Assembly: GCA_003209565.1 (NCBI GenBank)
Contig: QCQK01000003.1
Coordinates: 8,656-72,655, forward strand
Reading direction: 5' to 3'
Length of the DNA: 64,000 nucleotides
Origin: Prochlorococcus sp. AG-449-J16
GTDB taxonomy: Bacteria; Cyanobacteriota; Cyanobacteriia; PCC-6307; Cyanobiaceae
The first letter of the stretch is position 1, and each line of letters begins with the position of its first letter. The position numbers were made by a program, and so were the translations under genes. The notes beneath the pieces were generated by a model. The model was not told where the DNA came from. It saw only the letters and a list, made by a program, of their open reading frames with translations, and searched no databases. Positions 1 through 12,009 of the stretch are shown piece by piece.

Positions 1-493
1 CTTCATTTGTTCCCACAGCGAAAGTGTAAAGTGTTCCTCTATCAATTACGACAGTAGCTAATTCGTGTCTCGCCTGTTCATTTAAATTTAATTCATACTC
101 TAAATCATAGAAAATATGATTGGATGCCTCCCTCTTATTGGCATTTATAAGTTTTACCTCTCTGCCTGAACCTTCGGGAGCAATGACTTTATCAATTAAT
201 GTTTGACCTACTTCACTTGGGCTTCCTAATTGCTCTAATTGAACCTCTTTCTTTACATCAGAAATAACTAGACTTAAGGTCTCATTACTATTTATTAGAT
301 CATGATAAATAATTTCAGGTCCTCCATCGACTTTTACTCTCGTCCATCCTGTTGGATACAAAAATGCATATCTTCCATCTGGACTTTGATAAGCTTCTAA
401 TCCTGCATTTAGTCCGCCACTACAAGCACTCAGTGTTAAACACAAAAAAATCAAAAATAAATATTTGAAAGGTTTAAATTTAATATTTTTCAT
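1..493 (-). CDS. psbP: Photosystem II extrinsic lipoprotein PsbP (CyanoP), 3' end runs off the window
   Basis: Not in ORF track. Manual translation from ATG at 493: MKNIKFKPFKYLFLIFLCLTLSACSGGLNAGLEAYQSPDGRYAFLYPTGW...; lipobox LSAC and PsbP motif Y.FLYP.GW; divergent from recR. Confidence 0.88.
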   Translation of the reverse strand, partial: MKNIKFKPFKYLFLIFLCLTLSACSGGLNAGLEAYQSPDGRYAFLYPTGWTRVKVDGGPEIIYHDLINSNETLSLVISDVKKEVQLEQLGSPSEVGQTLIDKVIAPEGSGREVKLINANKREASNHIFYDLEYELNLNEQARHELATVVIDRGTLYTFAVGTNE

Positions 494-590
494 TTTGTTT
501 GAAATTACTAACTAAAAACATAATAAGACATTAAAAGCAAACAATTATGGCAATTCAGAATTTTGCGTCTAAATTATCCCTAGAAATAGT

Positions 591-1196
591 TTGATTTTGA
601 TTACTTATACCAAACCGCTTTCAAAATTAATTGGTCATTTTGAGAAATTCCCAGGGATTGGCCCAAGAACAGCGCAACGATTAGCCCTGTTTATTTTAAA
701 ACAACCTGAAAGTACAATAAGAGATTTTTCAAAGGCTTTGTTAGAAGCACATAGTAATGTTGGTCGTTGCAAAAAATGTTTCAATTTGACTTCAGAAGAT
801 GAATGTGAAATTTGTAAAAATACTGAAAGAAATCAAAAACTAATCTGTGTAGTAGCAGAAACTAAAGATTTGCTTGCTTTGGAGCGAGCTAGAGAATTTA
901 AAGGTGTTTACCACGTTATTGGTGGTTTAATATCCCCAATGGATTCTGTTGGTCCTGAACTCTTAGAAATAAGAAGCTTGGTAGAAAGAGTTAGTAAGTC
1001 TGAAATAGATGAGATCATATTGGCATTGACTCCCAGTGTTGAGGGAGATACAACAAGTCTTTATATTGGAAAATTGTTAGCCCCTTTCACTAAAGTTACG
1101 AGGATTGCATATGGCCTCCCAATGGGTAGTGAACTTGAATATGTGGATGAAGTTACACTTGCGAGAGCCTTAGAAGGAAGAACAAAATTAAATTAG
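591..1196 (+). CDS. recR: Recombination mediator RecR
   Basis: Hh[14 protein letters not shown]4 zinc finger CKKC..CEIC, Toprim domain; start may be the second TTG (597). Confidence 0.97.
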   Translation: MILITYTKPLSKLIGHFEKFPGIGPRTAQRLALFILKQPESTIRDFSKALLEAHSNVGRCKKCFNLTSEDECEICKNTERNQKLICVVAETKDLLALERAREFKGVYHVIGGLISPMDSVGPELLEIRSLVERVSKSEIDEIILALTPSVEGDTTSLYIGKLLAPFTKVTRIAYGLPMGSELEYVDEVTLARALEGRTKLN

Positions 1197-1199
1197 ACA

Positions 1200-2099
1200 A
1201 TGAGAAAAAATAATCTAATCAAGAAAGAAAAAATCTTAAGACTTCCATCTTGGATAAAATTTCCTATTAGTAAAGCTTCCGAGTTCGAAAAAATACAAAC
1301 ACTCATCAAAAAATCAAATATTCATACTATTTGTGAAGAAGCAAGATGTCCAAATAGAGCAGAATGTTATGCCTCAGGGACAGCCACTTTCTTACTGGGT
1401 GGATCGATATGTTCTCGTTCTTGTGCTTTTTGTCAGGTAAATAAAGGTAGACCTACTTCTATCAATATTGATGAATGTATTCAAGTAGCTGAAGCAGTGA
1501 AAGTACTAAATTTGAAATATGTAGTTTTAACATCTGTAGCTAGAGACGATCTCCCTGATCATGGTGCAAATTTATTTATATCTACAATTGATGAGATTAG
1601 AAAAATTGATTCAACAATCAAAATAGAGGTTTTAACTCCTGATTTATGGGGTGGTGGCAAAAATTTTGATGAAACTAATAACCTTCAGACTGAGAGATTG
1701 AAGATGATTTTAGAAAAAGATCCAATATGCTTTAATCACAATCTTGAAACTGTTGAAAGACTGCAAAAAGAAGTTAGGAGAGGTGCAAATTATAAAAAAT
1801 CCCTTAGTTTATTGAAAAAGTCAAAAGATATTGCTCCTCATATTCAAACTAAATCAGGAATTATGTTAGGTCTTGGGGAAACATTGGATGAAATAAAAAA
1901 TACAATTTATGATCTTAAAAAAATAGATTGTGATCAAATTACAATTGGCCAATATTTAAGGCCCTCATTAAATCATTTGGCAGTTAAGAAATATTGGGAT
2001 CCATCAGAGTTTGAATATTTATATCGCTTCTCTAGGGAATTAGGATTTAAGAAAGTATCTTCTGGGCCCTTAGTTAGAAGTAGTTATCATGCGGGTTAA
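1200..2099 (+). CDS. lipA: Lipoyl synthase
   Basis: CEEARCPNRAEC auxiliary cluster motif, radical SAM CSRSCAFC, C-terminal RSSY. Confidence 0.97.
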   Translation: MRKNNLIKKEKILRLPSWIKFPISKASEFEKIQTLIKKSNIHTICEEARCPNRAECYASGTATFLLGGSICSRSCAFCQVNKGRPTSINIDECIQVAEAVKVLNLKYVVLTSVARDDLPDHGANLFISTIDEIRKIDSTIKIEVLTPDLWGGGKNFDETNNLQTERLKMILEKDPICFNHNLETVERLQKEVRRGANYKKSLSLLKKSKDIAPHIQTKSGIMLGLGETLDEIKNTIYDLKKIDCDQITIGQYLRPSLNHLAVKKYWDPSEFEYLYRFSRELGFKKVSSGPLVRSSYHAG

Positions 2100-2596
2100 C
2101 TTTCTCCAATACATGAAAGTTTCTTTTCAAGTTTTTTTAAAATTGAATTACATTCACCGTGCATAAGCGTGCCTGCACCTCCCCAGACCAATCTTAAAAA
2201 AAGATCTACTGGGCTGGAACCAACTTCTTTAACAACTTTGAAGCCTATTAACTTGAAATATCTTACGAGTTTTTTACTATATCCTTCACTATCAAAAATT
2301 GCTAAAAGTCTTGCTTTATTGCTTGATTTTTTTTCAATTGCCCAAGCCATAGTTGTTGCCCAAATTAATTCTGAAACAAAAGCGGGAGCTTTACTAAGGA
2401 TTCTTAATGTATCAAGCTGAATACCTTGTTTATTTAAATAAGTCCAACCTTTCATTTCGGCCCAAATTTTTATGATGTTATCTTTTTTTTCTGCAACAAC
2501 GATTCTGAAGAAACATAACCCGAATGTTTCTCTAACCTGTATTTTAATTGATAGTCCCAAGGAACTTGATAATTTGTCTAATTCTTCAACTTTCAT
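2096..2596 (-). CDS. Conserved hypothetical protein (cyanobacterial/plastid type)
   Basis: 166-aa ORF with LVRYF..GF and RLVWGGAG motif; fills the gap between lipA and the rhodanese gene. Confidence 0.75.
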   Translation of the reverse strand: MKVEELDKLSSSLGLSIKIQVRETFGLCFFRIVVAEKKDNIIKIWAEMKGWTYLNKQGIQLDTLRILSKAPAFVSELIWATTMAWAIEKKSSNKARLLAIFDSEGYSKKLVRYFKLIGFKVVKEVGSSPVDLFLRLVWGGAGTLMHGECNSILKKLEKKLSCIGES

Positions 2597-2608
2597 ATTT
2601 TTGGGAAA

Positions 2609-3541
2609 TTAATTTTTATAAATTGTCTGCTCTACCCCTTTTAATCTATCGATCTGTTTTTGCCTTTCTTCAAACCTTTTCCTATCATCATCACTGAATT
2701 GATCTACGCAGAAATGACATTGGATACCTTTTCTATATTCTTTTCTTTTTTGATCTTGAATTGAAACTGGCATTCCACATGCATGACAAATGGAGTAGGA
2801 CCCCTCTTCTAATTCTTGATCTAAAGCAACTCTTTTATCAAAAACGTAACATTCACCCTCAAATAAGTTTTCTTCTTCTGATATGTCATCAAGGTATTTA
2901 AGGATGCCCCCTTGTAGGTGATAAATATTTTTATAACCTTTCTTTTTCAGTAAACTTGTAGCTTTTTCACATCTGATACCTCCTGTACAAAACATTGCAA
3001 TATTTGTAGATTCTTTATTTTTTAAATAACTATCTAATTGATCATCTACCCATCTGGGAAATTCGCTAAAGTTTCTCGTATTTGGGTTAATAGAATTATG
3101 AAATGTCCCTATAGAAACCTCATAATGATTTCTAGTATCAATGACTATTGTATTTTGATGCTTGATTAACTTATTCCAATTGGCTGAGTCAATATAAGTA
3201 CCATTATCTTGTGAAGGGTTTATTCCATTTACACCCATGGTAACTATTTCTTTCTTTATTTTTATTTTTAATTTTTTGAAGACTTTCTTTTTTGAAAAGT
3301 TTACTTTAATATTCAAATTTCTATTACCTGCATATTTATTAAGTAAATTGATAACAATATTAATTATATTTTTCTCAGCACAAATAGTTCCATTAATACC
3401 TTCACTTGCAAAAATTAATAAACCTGAAAGATCGTTTTCATTTTCGATTTCAAATAATTTATTTTTTAGATCAAGAATTAAGTTTTCTTGAAATGGGAAG
3501 AAAGAGTAAAGAGAAACAATTTTATAATTTTTGCCTTTCAT
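2609..3541 (-). CDS. trhO: Rhodanese-related tRNA U34 hydroxylase (TrhO/UPF0176 family)
   Basis: [41 protein letters not shown] motifs. Confidence 0.88.
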   Translation of the reverse strand: MKGKNYKIVSLYSFFPFQENLILDLKNKLFEIENENDLSGLLIFASEGINGTICAEKNIINIVINLLNKYAGNRNLNIKVNFSKKKVFKKLKIKIKKEIVTMGVNGINPSQDNGTYIDSANWNKLIKHQNTIVIDTRNHYEVSIGTFHNSINPNTRNFSEFPRWVDDQLDSYLKNKESTNIAMFCTGGIRCEKATSLLKKKGYKNIYHLQGGILKYLDDISEEENLFEGECYVFDKRVALDQELEEGSYSICHACGMPVSIQDQKRKEYRKGIQCHFCVDQFSDDDRKRFEERQKQIDRLKGVEQTIYKN

Positions 3542-4545
3542 AGAGAAGATAATGTTTTTTCACAAGTTTCAAAATCTTTGTTAAATGATATTCCAACTTC
3601 TCTAAGAAGTTTTCTATCTGATTGAAAAGATGGATTAGAAGTTGTGAGCAATTCATCTCCATAAAAAATTGAATTTGCCCCACATTGAAAACATAAAATT
3701 TGGGCTTCTTTTGAAAGATTTTCTCGACCTGCACTTAATCTTATTTTACTTTTGGGCATAAGAATTCTGGCTGTAGCTATCATCCTTATCATCTCAATAG
3801 AATCAACTTCTTTATTATCTTCCAAACCAGTACCTTCAATAGCTACAAGGGAATTTATAGGAACACTTTCAGGGTGCGGATTCATGTTTGAAAGTACTTC
3901 CAAAAGAGATGCTCTATCACCATTAGTTTCGCCCAATCCTATTATTCCTCCGCAACAAACATTTATTCCTGCATTTCTTACTCTTTTGATAGTATCGAGT
4001 CTGTCTTGATAAGTTCTAGTCGTAATAATATTTTTATAGTGCTCAGGACTAGTATCAAGATTGTGGTTATACGCGGTCAAACCTGCATCAGCTAGTCTAG
4101 AAGCTTGTTCTTCTGTAAGCATCCCTGCAGTAACACATGCTTCCATTCCTAAATGTCTAACACCTCTGACCATCTCTAACATTGCATTAAAAGATTTCCC
4201 GTCTCTAATTTCTCTCCATGCCCAACCCATACAAAACCTATCTGCACCCTCATTTTTTGCAATTTGAGCTCTTGCTAAAACCTCATCAACTTGAAATTGT
4301 GGATGACTTTTGATTTCACTAGCACTATATATTGATTGACTACAATACGAACAATTTTCTTCACATCCACCAGTCTTTACGCTGAACAACGATGCTAATT
4401 GAATATTGTATTTGTTGAATTTCCTGTGGACTATTTGTGATTCCCATATTAAATCAATCAGAGGCATATTAAGTATCTCCAATATCTCCTCCTTATCCCA
4501 ATCGAATCTAATTCGGCTTAATAACTGATTATTCGAATTAATCAT
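3538..4545 (-). CDS. bioB: Biotin synthase
   Basis: [15 protein letters not shown] radical SAM motif, [21 protein letters not shown]. Confidence 0.97.
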   Translation of the reverse strand: MINSNNQLLSRIRFDWDKEEILEILNMPLIDLIWESQIVHRKFNKYNIQLASLFSVKTGGCEENCSYCSQSIYSASEIKSHPQFQVDEVLARAQIAKNEGADRFCMGWAWREIRDGKSFNAMLEMVRGVRHLGMEACVTAGMLTEEQASRLADAGLTAYNHNLDTSPEHYKNIITTRTYQDRLDTIKRVRNAGINVCCGGIIGLGETNGDRASLLEVLSNMNPHPESVPINSLVAIEGTGLEDNKEVDSIEMIRMIATARILMPKSKIRLSAGRENLSKEAQILCFQCGANSIFYGDELLTTSNPSFQSDRKLLREVGISFNKDFETCEKTLSSL

Positions 4546-4551
4546 TTTAGT

Positions 4552-5355
4552 TTAGGAAGGCAATTGAGAATCTTGATTAGATTCATTTGATAATGATTCT
4601 ATACCGCCAAAACGTCTATTCCTTGATTGGTAATCAATTATTGCTTTTAGAAATTCGAATTCATTAAAGTCTGGCCAAAGCACATCAGATATATAAATTT
4701 CTGAATAAGCTAATTGCCATAGCAGGAAATTGCTTATCCTTTTTTCTCCGCTAGTTCTTATTAGCAATTCTGGATCCTTAATTCCTCGTGTTAATAGCTC
4801 TGAGTTAAATAATTCTTCATTAACTTCACTTGGTTTTATTTCACCAGTACAACATTTTAATACTAGTTCTTTTGCAACTTTTACTATTTCTTGTCTACCT
4901 CCATAATTGACACAAACATTTAATAAAAATTTATTATTGTTTTTAGTTAGAGATTCTGAACTAGAGATTATTTTTTTTAAAGTTTCTGGGAAAGGTGTTA
5001 AGTCTCCAATAAATTTTATTTTTGTTGATTCTTCGTTTATCTCTTCAATTTCGTTTCTCAAAACTTCGCTAAAAAGATTTATGAGAAAATCAACTTCTTT
5101 TGTTGGTCTAGTCCAATTTTCAGTTGAAAAAGCATAAACAGTAAGTACTTTACATCCTAATTTTTTTGATGCTTTGAGAATTTCTTTTAAAACACTAACA
5201 CCTCTTTTATGACCATATGATCGAGGTAAGCCTTTTTTAGTCGCCCATCTCCCATTTCCATCCATAATTATTGCAATATGTTCTGGAACTTTTTGCTTAT
5301 CTATTCTTTTTGATAAGTCATTATTTTCCTTGTCAATTATTTTTCCTATAATCAT
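4552..5355 (-). CDS. uppS: Undecaprenyl/polyprenyl diphosphate synthase (cis-prenyltransferase)
   Basis: HIAIIMDGNGRWA, YAFSTENW, IRTSGEKRISNFLLWQ, RRFGG. Confidence 0.97.
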   Translation of the reverse strand: MIIGKIIDKENNDLSKRIDKQKVPEHIAIIMDGNGRWATKKGLPRSYGHKRGVSVLKEILKASKKLGCKVLTVYAFSTENWTRPTKEVDFLINLFSEVLRNEIEEINEESTKIKFIGDLTPFPETLKKIISSSESLTKNNNKFLLNVCVNYGGRQEIVKVAKELVLKCCTGEIKPSEVNEELFNSELLTRGIKDPELLIRTSGEKRISNFLLWQLAYSEIYISDVLWPDFNEFEFLKAIIDYQSRNRRFGGIESLSNESNQDSQLPS

Positions 5356-5358
5356 TAG

Positions 5359-6267
5359 TCAATCCTTTTTGTTAATGAAGATTTCTGATTCCTCGGTCTC
5401 TTTTTCATTGATATCACTGATAATATTATCACTTGAGTTTGTCTTTTGGGATAAAGCATTTTTACTTAAAGATGATTTACTTGTTCCCATAGAATTCTGA
5501 TTCCCAATTAAATTCGCAAGAAGTTCTTGTAACCTGCTGCTGGTAATTGGTCTTTCAAGTTTTCCTTGGTTTGCTAATGATAACGTACCTGTTTCTTCAG
5601 AAACAACGATACAAATACATCTGTCAAATCTTTCTGTAATACCAAGCGCAGCTAGATGTCTTGTGCCATACCTACTAATACCTTGCCTAGATAAAGGAAG
5701 TATTACCCCTGCAGAAATTATTTTGTTACCTTTCACAAGAACTGCTCCATCATGTAAAGGTGTATCTGTTGCAAAAAGATTTATTAAAAGGTCAGTTGAC
5801 AATTGTGCATCAATATTTGTACCTGAATATAAAAAATCTTCAGGCCTTAAATCACTCCCCAAATCTACAACTATTAAAGCGCCTCTCCTATTCTGAGAAA
5901 GTTTTCCTGCTGTATCAACTAACTGAGTAATAGTAGTTGACGTTGCTCTAAATTCCTTTGGTGGATTTCCTAGCAATACAGCTAGCCTACCAGTGCCTAA
6001 TAATTCCATTAATCTTCTTAACTCTCCTTGCCAAAGGATCGCTAATGAGAGAGAACATGCGAGGACTACTGCATCAATTAATTTTGATGTTAATGGTAGG
6101 TATGCAAATCTTTGAATGAACCATGCTGTTGAGACTAAAAAAAGATATCCTCTCAAAAGCCACAATGTCCGTTGTTCTTTTACTCTAGAGAATAATAAAA
6201 GTCCGAAACCAAGGGCGAATAAGACATCTAATAAAAGTTTAAAATTTATAATTCCCCAGAAATTCAC
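5359..6267 (-). CDS. dacA: Diadenylate cyclase (membrane-anchored CdaA type)
   Basis: 3 N-terminal TM helices, TPLHDGA, GTRHLAA, VSEETG; lysA-dacA-uppS order. Confidence 0.92.
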   Translation of the reverse strand: MNFWGIINFKLLLDVLFALGFGLLLFSRVKEQRTLWLLRGYLFLVSTAWFIQRFAYLPLTSKLIDAVVLACSLSLAILWQGELRRLMELLGTGRLAVLLGNPPKEFRATSTTITQLVDTAGKLSQNRRGALIVVDLGSDLRPEDFLYSGTNIDAQLSTDLLINLFATDTPLHDGAVLVKGNKIISAGVILPLSRQGISRYGTRHLAALGITERFDRCICIVVSEETGTLSLANQGKLERPITSSRLQELLANLIGNQNSMGTSKSSLSKNALSQKTNSSDNIISDINEKETEESEIFINKKD

Positions 6268-6295
6268 ACTAAAAGCAAAATTAATTTAAATGTAC

Positions 6296-7669
6296 CTAAT
6301 TCTGTTTAATAAAGCGATCAGGCAAAACATCATATTTTAAAAGATCAAATGGACTTTCTCTTTTTTGAATAATCTCTGCTTCTCCATCACAAACTAAAAC
6401 AGCTGCAGGTCTAGGAATTCTGTTGTAATTAGAACTCATTGAATTATTATAAGCACCAGTACCGAAAACGCATATAAGGTCTCCTGTTTTGCAATTTGCT
6501 AGTTCAATCTCCTTAAACAACACGTCTCCTGATTCGCAGTGTTTGCCTGCAATGGTATATTTTTTTTTCGAATTAGTATTAAAAGGATTATTTACCAAAC
6601 ATGCAGAATAATTTGATTGATATGTTATTGGTCTTGGATTATCACTCATCCCACCATCAACAGAAACATATGTTCTGATCCCAGGAATTTCTTTAAAAGA
6701 CCCAATTTTGTAAATTGTTATTCCTGCGGTAGAAACTATGGATCTCCCAGGCTCGCACATCAATGTAGGTAAATTTAAATTGTGTTTTTTACAAGCTTTG
6801 ACAACAGAAGTGGAAATTGTTTTTACCCATTCATCAATCGAAGGGGGATCGTCGTTTTCTGTATATTTAATGCCTAAACCTCCACCTACATTTAATTTTT
6901 GTATATTATGGCCGAATTTTTTGGCGACCAAAATAACATTTACCATTATTTCACCAAGATCTTTATGTGGTTCTAGTTCAAAAATTTGGGAACCTATATG
7001 AGCATGCAAGCCTTTTAATTTTAGGTGTTTTGTATTGCTAATTTTATTAAATAAAATATCTAGATATTCAATTCCGAAACCGAATTTGCTATCAAATGAA
7101 CCCGTCCTTATATATTCATGTGTATGGCATTCTATCCCAGGAGTAAAGCGAATCATTATTTCTAAATCACTATTAAATGAATTTGAGATTTCCTCTAATC
7201 TTTCTAAGTCATGATCATTATCTACAATAACTTTAATATTATTTTTTACTGCAAACTCTATTTCTTTGTTTGATTTGTTATTACCGTGAAAGACGATGTT
7301 TTCATTTGGGACTCCACCTTTAAGCGCAGTTAATAATTCTCCTTCTGAAACCGCATCAAGACCTAACCCTTCTGAGGAAACTAGGTTACTCATGAATATA
7401 GAACTATTTGCCTTTGATGCATATATTGGAAGAGAATCTCCTGGGTAATGTTTTTCTAATGCTTTTTTATAAGCTCTACAAGAGTTTCTTAAAGTCAGTT
7501 CATCTAAAATATAAAGAGGGGAATCATATTTTTTAACTAATTCTTCAATAGAACATCCACCAATTGATAATTTTCCATCACTTCCAATTAATGTAGTAAT
7601 GGGTACGATATTTCTATTTGGACTATTAATATCAATCGTTTGTTTTAAGAAGGAGTTTTTTTCTTTCAT
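6296..7669 (-). CDS. lysA: Diaminopimelate decarboxylase
   Basis: YASKA PLP lysine, HAHIGSQ, EPGRS, GKHCESGD, GAYNNSMSSNYN. Confidence 0.97.
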   Translation of the reverse strand: MKEKNSFLKQTIDINSPNRNIVPITTLIGSDGKLSIGGCSIEELVKKYDSPLYILDELTLRNSCRAYKKALEKHYPGDSLPIYASKANSSIFMSNLVSSEGLGLDAVSEGELLTALKGGVPNENIVFHGNNKSNKEIEFAVKNNIKVIVDNDHDLERLEEISNSFNSDLEIMIRFTPGIECHTHEYIRTGSFDSKFGFGIEYLDILFNKISNTKHLKLKGLHAHIGSQIFELEPHKDLGEIMVNVILVAKKFGHNIQKLNVGGGLGIKYTENDDPPSIDEWVKTISTSVVKACKKHNLNLPTLMCEPGRSIVSTAGITIYKIGSFKEIPGIRTYVSVDGGMSDNPRPITYQSNYSACLVNNPFNTNSKKKYTIAGKHCESGDVLFKEIELANCKTGDLICVFGTGAYNNSMSSNYNRIPRPAAVLVCDGEAEIIQKRESPFDLLKYDVLPDRFIKQN

Positions 7670-7753
7670 TGGAGAATATTAAAAAAGTTCTTTAAATATG
7701 TCTTATTTTATAATAAATTTGATTGAAATTTTTTGATTTTTTTTCATTACTAA

Positions 7754-8194
7754 ATGATATCTATTAAACAAATAAATGAGAAAGATATTGATTTATGTTA
7801 TGAATTAGATTCTAATACAATTTCCCTATGGAGTAAAAGGCAATGGGCTAGCGAATTCAAGAAAGAAGGCATAAAAGTCTTTGGTTTATTACTTTCAAAT
7901 TTGGTTATAGGAATATGCGTTTTTCATGTGGTGCTTGATGAGGCACAAATAAATTTTTTTGTAGTAAATCAAAAATATAGAAAAAAGGGGTTTGGAACAT
8001 ACCTTATGAGTTATTTAATAAAAGAATGTGAGAAATTAAATTTAACTAAATTATTTCTAGAGGTCTCAAATACAAATTTTACAGCTGAAAAATTTTATAA
8101 TAACTTTGATTTTTCTACTGTGGGAATAAGAAGAAATTATTATAGTGATGGTTCAGATGCTCTCCTAAAAGAAAAAAAATTGACAACTAAATAA
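7754..8194 (+). CDS. rimI: GNAT N-acetyltransferase, RimI-like
   Basis: V...YRKKGFG, FLEV...N..A..FY...F.....R.NYY. Confidence 0.82.
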   Translation: MISIKQINEKDIDLCYELDSNTISLWSKRQWASEFKKEGIKVFGLLLSNLVIGICVFHVVLDEAQINFFVVNQKYRKKGFGTYLMSYLIKECEKLNLTKLFLEVSNTNFTAEKFYNNFDFSTVGIRRNYYSDGSDALLKEKKLTTK

Positions 8195-8373
8195 TTTAAA
8201 AATTTTATTGTTCGGATAACCAGAATGGTTGAAATTACTTTAATTTATTGCTATATCACTAAAAAAGTTTAATTTAATTCAAAAAAACATATCATTGGGT
8301 ATTCACAAAAGCTCATTCTGAACACAATATTGACATATTACTGGTAGGTTAGTAATAGGATTTTAATCTTCTG

Positions 8374-10902
8374 ATGTTTGAAAGATTTACAGAAAAGGCT
8401 ATTAAAGTCATTATGCTTGCCCAAGAAGAAGCTAGAAGACTTGGTCATAATTTCGTTGGAACAGAACAAATTTTATTAGGTTTAATTGGAGAAGGAACAG
8501 GCGTCGCAGCAAAAGTTCTTAAATCATTGGGGGTTAATCTAAAAGATTCAAGAATAGAGGTTGAAAAGATAATTGGAAGAGGATCAGGTTTTGTTGCAGT
8601 AGAAATCCCATTTACTCCTAGAGCGAAAAGAGTTTTAGAATTATCTCTTGAGGAGGCTCGTCAACTGGGTCATAACTATATAGGCACCGAGCATCTTCTT
8701 CTAGGATTAATAAGAGAGGGGGAGGGAGTAGCTGCGAGAGTTCTTGAAAATCTTAGCGTTGATCTTTCAAAAATTAGGACACAAGTAATAAGGATGCTTG
8801 GAGAAACTGCTGAAGTTGGAAGCGGAACTAATTCAAGCAAAGGAAATTTAAAAACTGCAACACTTGATGAGTTTGGAACAAATTTAACAAAATTAGCTAG
8901 TGAATCAAAGCTTGATCCGGTGGTTGGCCGTCATGCAGAAATAGATCGTGTAGTCCAAATATTAGGAAGAAGAACGAAAAATAATCCTGTTTTAATCGGA
9001 GAACCTGGGGTAGGCAAAACTGCTATTGCAGAAGGATTAGCTCAACGAATACAAATGGGAGATATTCCTGATATCCTTGAAGATAAAAGAGTTTTAACTC
9101 TTGATATAGGTCTTTTAGTAGCTGGAACAAAATATAGAGGTGAATTTGAAGAAAGATTAAAAAAAATAATGGAAGAAATTAAATCTGCAGGTAATGTAAT
9201 ACTTGTAATTGATGAAGTACATACCTTAATTGGTGCTGGAGCTGCCGAAGGAGCTATAGACGCTGCAAATATTCTTAAACCAGCCTTAGCTCGTGGAGAG
9301 CTTCAATGCATTGGAGCTACAACTCTTGATGAATATAGAAAACATATTGAAAGAGATGCTGCTTTAGAAAGAAGATTCCAACCTGTTATGGTTGGAGAAC
9401 CATCTATTGAAGATACAATCGAAATACTGAAGGGTCTTAGAGAACGCTATGAGCAGCACCACCGTCTAAAAATTACTGATGATGCCTTAGAGGCAGCTGC
9501 AAATCTAGGTGATCGTTATATATCTGATAGATTTTTACCTGACAAAGCCATAGATCTTATTGATGAGGCTGGTAGTAGAGTTCGTTTAATAAATTCTAAA
9601 CTCCCACCTGAAGCAAAACAAATTGATAAAGAACTAAGACAGATACAAAAGAAAAAAGAAGAATCCGTTAGAGATCAAAACTTTGATCAAGCTGGCCAAT
9701 TAAGAGAAAAAGAAATTGAGTTGTCTTCAAAAATTAAAGAGGTTCTTGAAAACAAAAAAGAATCTACAGTAGATAATGAACCCAATATTGATCCTAATTC
9801 GGTTGAAAATAAATCAAAACTTTTACAAACTCCCCTCGTTAGTGAAGAAGATGTTGCACATATCGTCGCCTCATGGACAGGAGTTCCTGTTCAGAAATTA
9901 ACAGAAACTGAATCAGTAAAGCTTCTAAACATGGAGGAAACACTCCACCAAAGACTTATTGGCCAAGATGAAGCCGTTAAAGCTGTCTCTAGAGCTATTA
10001 GAAGAGCAAGAGTTGGACTAAAAAATCCTAATAGGCCCATAGCTAGCTTTATTTTCTCAGGACCTACTGGTGTAGGAAAAACTGAATTAACTAAATCCTT
10101 AGCTTCATATTTCTTCGGAAGCGAAGAAGCCATGATAAGACTTGATATGTCAGAATTTATGGAAAGACATACAGTTAGTAAACTAATAGGATCACCTCCT
10201 GGCTATGTTGGTTTTAATGAAGGTGGTCAACTTACTGAGGCAGTCCGAAGACGTCCCTACACTGTTGTTCTCTTTGATGAAGTAGAAAAGGCCCATCCAG
10301 ATGTTTTTAATTTACTATTACAACTACTCGAGGACGGAAGATTAACAGATTCCAAGGGTCGAACTGTTGATTTTAAAAATACATTGTTAATAATGACCTC
10401 CAATATCGGTTCAAAAGTAATCGAGAAAGGTGGCGGCGGATTAGGATTCGAATTCTCAGGTGATTCAGTTGAAGATAGCCAATATAACAGGATTAAATCA
10501 TTAGTTAATGAAGAATTAAAGCAATACTTCAGACCTGAATTTTTAAATAGACTTGATGAAATAATTGTATTCAGACAATTAACTAAAAATGAAGTTAAAC
10601 AAATTGCTGAAATTATGTTGCAAGAAGTTTTTGTCCGACTACAGGATAAAGGTATAAAATTAAATGTCACTGATGCTTTCAAAGAAAGACTTGTTGAAGA
10701 AGGTTACAATCCTTCATACGGAGCGAGACCTTTGAGAAGGGCAGTTATGCGTTTACTAGAAGATAGTTTGGCTGAAGAAGTTCTTTCTGGGAGAATCAAA
10801 GATGGAGATAATGCTTTAGTTGATATAGATGATAATAAAAAAGTTACAATAAATATTTCTTCTGAAGAATCTTCTCAAGAGTTAGCAGGTGCTAACTTCT
10901 AA
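8374..10902 (+). CDS. clpC: ATP-dependent Clp protease ATPase subunit ClpC
   Basis: [26 protein letters not shown], two AAA+ modules ([16 protein letters not shown]), UVR domain, GGGGLGF ClpP-binding loop. Confidence 0.98.
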   Translation: MFERFTEKAIKVIMLAQEEARRLGHNFVGTEQILLGLIGEGTGVAAKVLKSLGVNLKDSRIEVEKIIGRGSGFVAVEIPFTPRAKRVLELSLEEARQLGHNYIGTEHLLLGLIREGEGVAARVLENLSVDLSKIRTQVIRMLGETAEVGSGTNSSKGNLKTATLDEFGTNLTKLASESKLDPVVGRHAEIDRVVQILGRRTKNNPVLIGEPGVGKTAIAEGLAQRIQMGDIPDILEDKRVLTLDIGLLVAGTKYRGEFEERLKKIMEEIKSAGNVILVIDEVHTLIGAGAAEGAIDAANILKPALARGELQCIGATTLDEYRKHIERDAALERRFQPVMVGEPSIEDTIEILKGLRERYEQHHRLKITDDALEAAANLGDRYISDRFLPDKAIDLIDEAGSRVRLINSKLPPEAKQIDKELRQIQKKKEESVRDQNFDQAGQLREKEIELSSKIKEVLENKKESTVDNEPNIDPNSVENKSKLLQTPLVSEEDVAHIVASWTGVPVQKLTETESVKLLNMEETLHQRLIGQDEAVKAVSRAIRRARVGLKNPNRPIASFIFSGPTGVGKTELTKSLASYFFGSEEAMIRLDMSEFMERHTVSKLIGSPPGYVGFNEGGQLTEAVRRRPYTVVLFDEVEKAHPDVFNLLLQLLEDGRLTDSKGRTVDFKNTLLIMTSNIGSKVIEKGGGGLGFEFSGDSVEDSQYNRIKSLVNEELKQYFRPEFLNRLDEIIVFRQLTKNEVKQIAEIMLQEVFVRLQDKGIKLNVTDAFKERLVEEGYNPSYGARPLRRAVMRLLEDSLAEEVLSGRIKDGDNALVDIDDNKKVTINISSEESSQELAGANF

Positions 10903-10917
10903 TCATTCAAAGTAAAT

Positions 10918-12009
10918 ATGCAGTCTATCTCTCCAGAAACGATATACAGGGGAAATTATGCTTGGGAAAAATCTTTACCTCAAATTACTAAACTAACTAA
11001 AAATCCATTAATTCTAGGCAGAGGGCTTCAAACTAATAATTTGAGAAATAATATTTTTAATGATTTAAAAAATCAAAAACTTAATGTAAATTCTGCTAAT
11101 TTACAATTTGATTGTTGTTACGAAGATATTTCAAGAGTTAAGAATATTATTTCAAATAATGATAATGATTGTGTTATCGCTGTTGGAGGTGGCAAAGTTC
11201 TAGACTCTGGAAAATATATAGCCGATTCTCTTAATATCCCTTGTATTACAGTTCCACTTAGCGCCTCTACATGTGCTGGTTGGACTGCCTTATCGAATAT
11301 TTATACAAAGGATGGTCAATTTATAAAAGATGTTGCATTAGGATCTTGTCCGAAAATACTAGTTTTTGATCATAAATTTATTCAAACAGCTCCATCAAGA
11401 ACTCTTGCAAGTGGCATAGCAGATGCCTTGGCAAAATGGTACGAATCCTCAATAACGAGTTCAAAAATAGATGACGGTCTTGTTCAACAAGCAATTCAGA
11501 TATCAAGAGTTTTAAGAGATCAACTATTAATAGATGGAGAAAAAGCATTTAAGGGTCAATTTGAAAATAATCCATCTTGGCAAAATACTGTAGAAGCATG
11601 TGGACTTACAGCAGGATTAGTTGGTGGTATTGGTGGAGAAAAATGTAGAACTGCAGCAGCACATGCTATTCATAATGCAATTACTCAGATAATCACCCCT
11701 AATAAATTCTTACATGGAGAGATTGTTGGGGTTGGTTTATTATTGCAATTAAGAATAGAAGAAATGAAAAATAATAATAAATTAGCTGATCAATCAATTA
11801 AACAATTATTTGTACTTATGAAAGAATTGAATTTGCCAACTACTATCGGACAACTTGGAATAAATGTTTTTGAAAATGATAATTTAGAGAAAATTGCTGA
11901 TTTTACTTGTCGAGATAAATCTGAGATTCACTTTTTGCCTTTTGAAATTAATAAACGGGACATAATAGAGGTTATTTCAAATTTTGAACAACAAAAAATT
12001 AAAACATAA
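10918..12009 (+). CDS. gldA: Iron-containing alcohol / glycerol dehydrogenase family
   Basis: VGGGKVLD, GIADALAKWYE, AHAIHN, LHGEIV metal-binding His. Confidence 0.85.
   Translation: MQSISPETIYRGNYAWEKSLPQITKLTKNPLILGRGLQTNNLRNNIFNDLKNQKLNVNSANLQFDCCYEDISRVKNIISNNDNDCVIAVGGGKVLDSGKYIADSLNIPCITVPLSASTCAGWTALSNIYTKDGQFIKDVALGSCPKILVFDHKFIQTAPSRTLASGIADALAKWYESSITSSKIDDGLVQQAIQISRVLRDQLLIDGEKAFKGQFENNPSWQNTVEACGLTAGLVGGIGGEKCRTAAAHAIHNAITQIITPNKFLHGEIVGVGLLLQLRIEEMKNNNKLADQSIKQLFVLMKELNLPTTIGQLGINVFENDNLEKIADFTCRDKSEIHFLPFEINKRDIIEVISNFEQQKIKT

Noticed and set aside
8330-8358. TTGACA upstream of clpC as a sigma70 promoter
   Set aside because: No convincing TAN3T at 16-18 nt spacing
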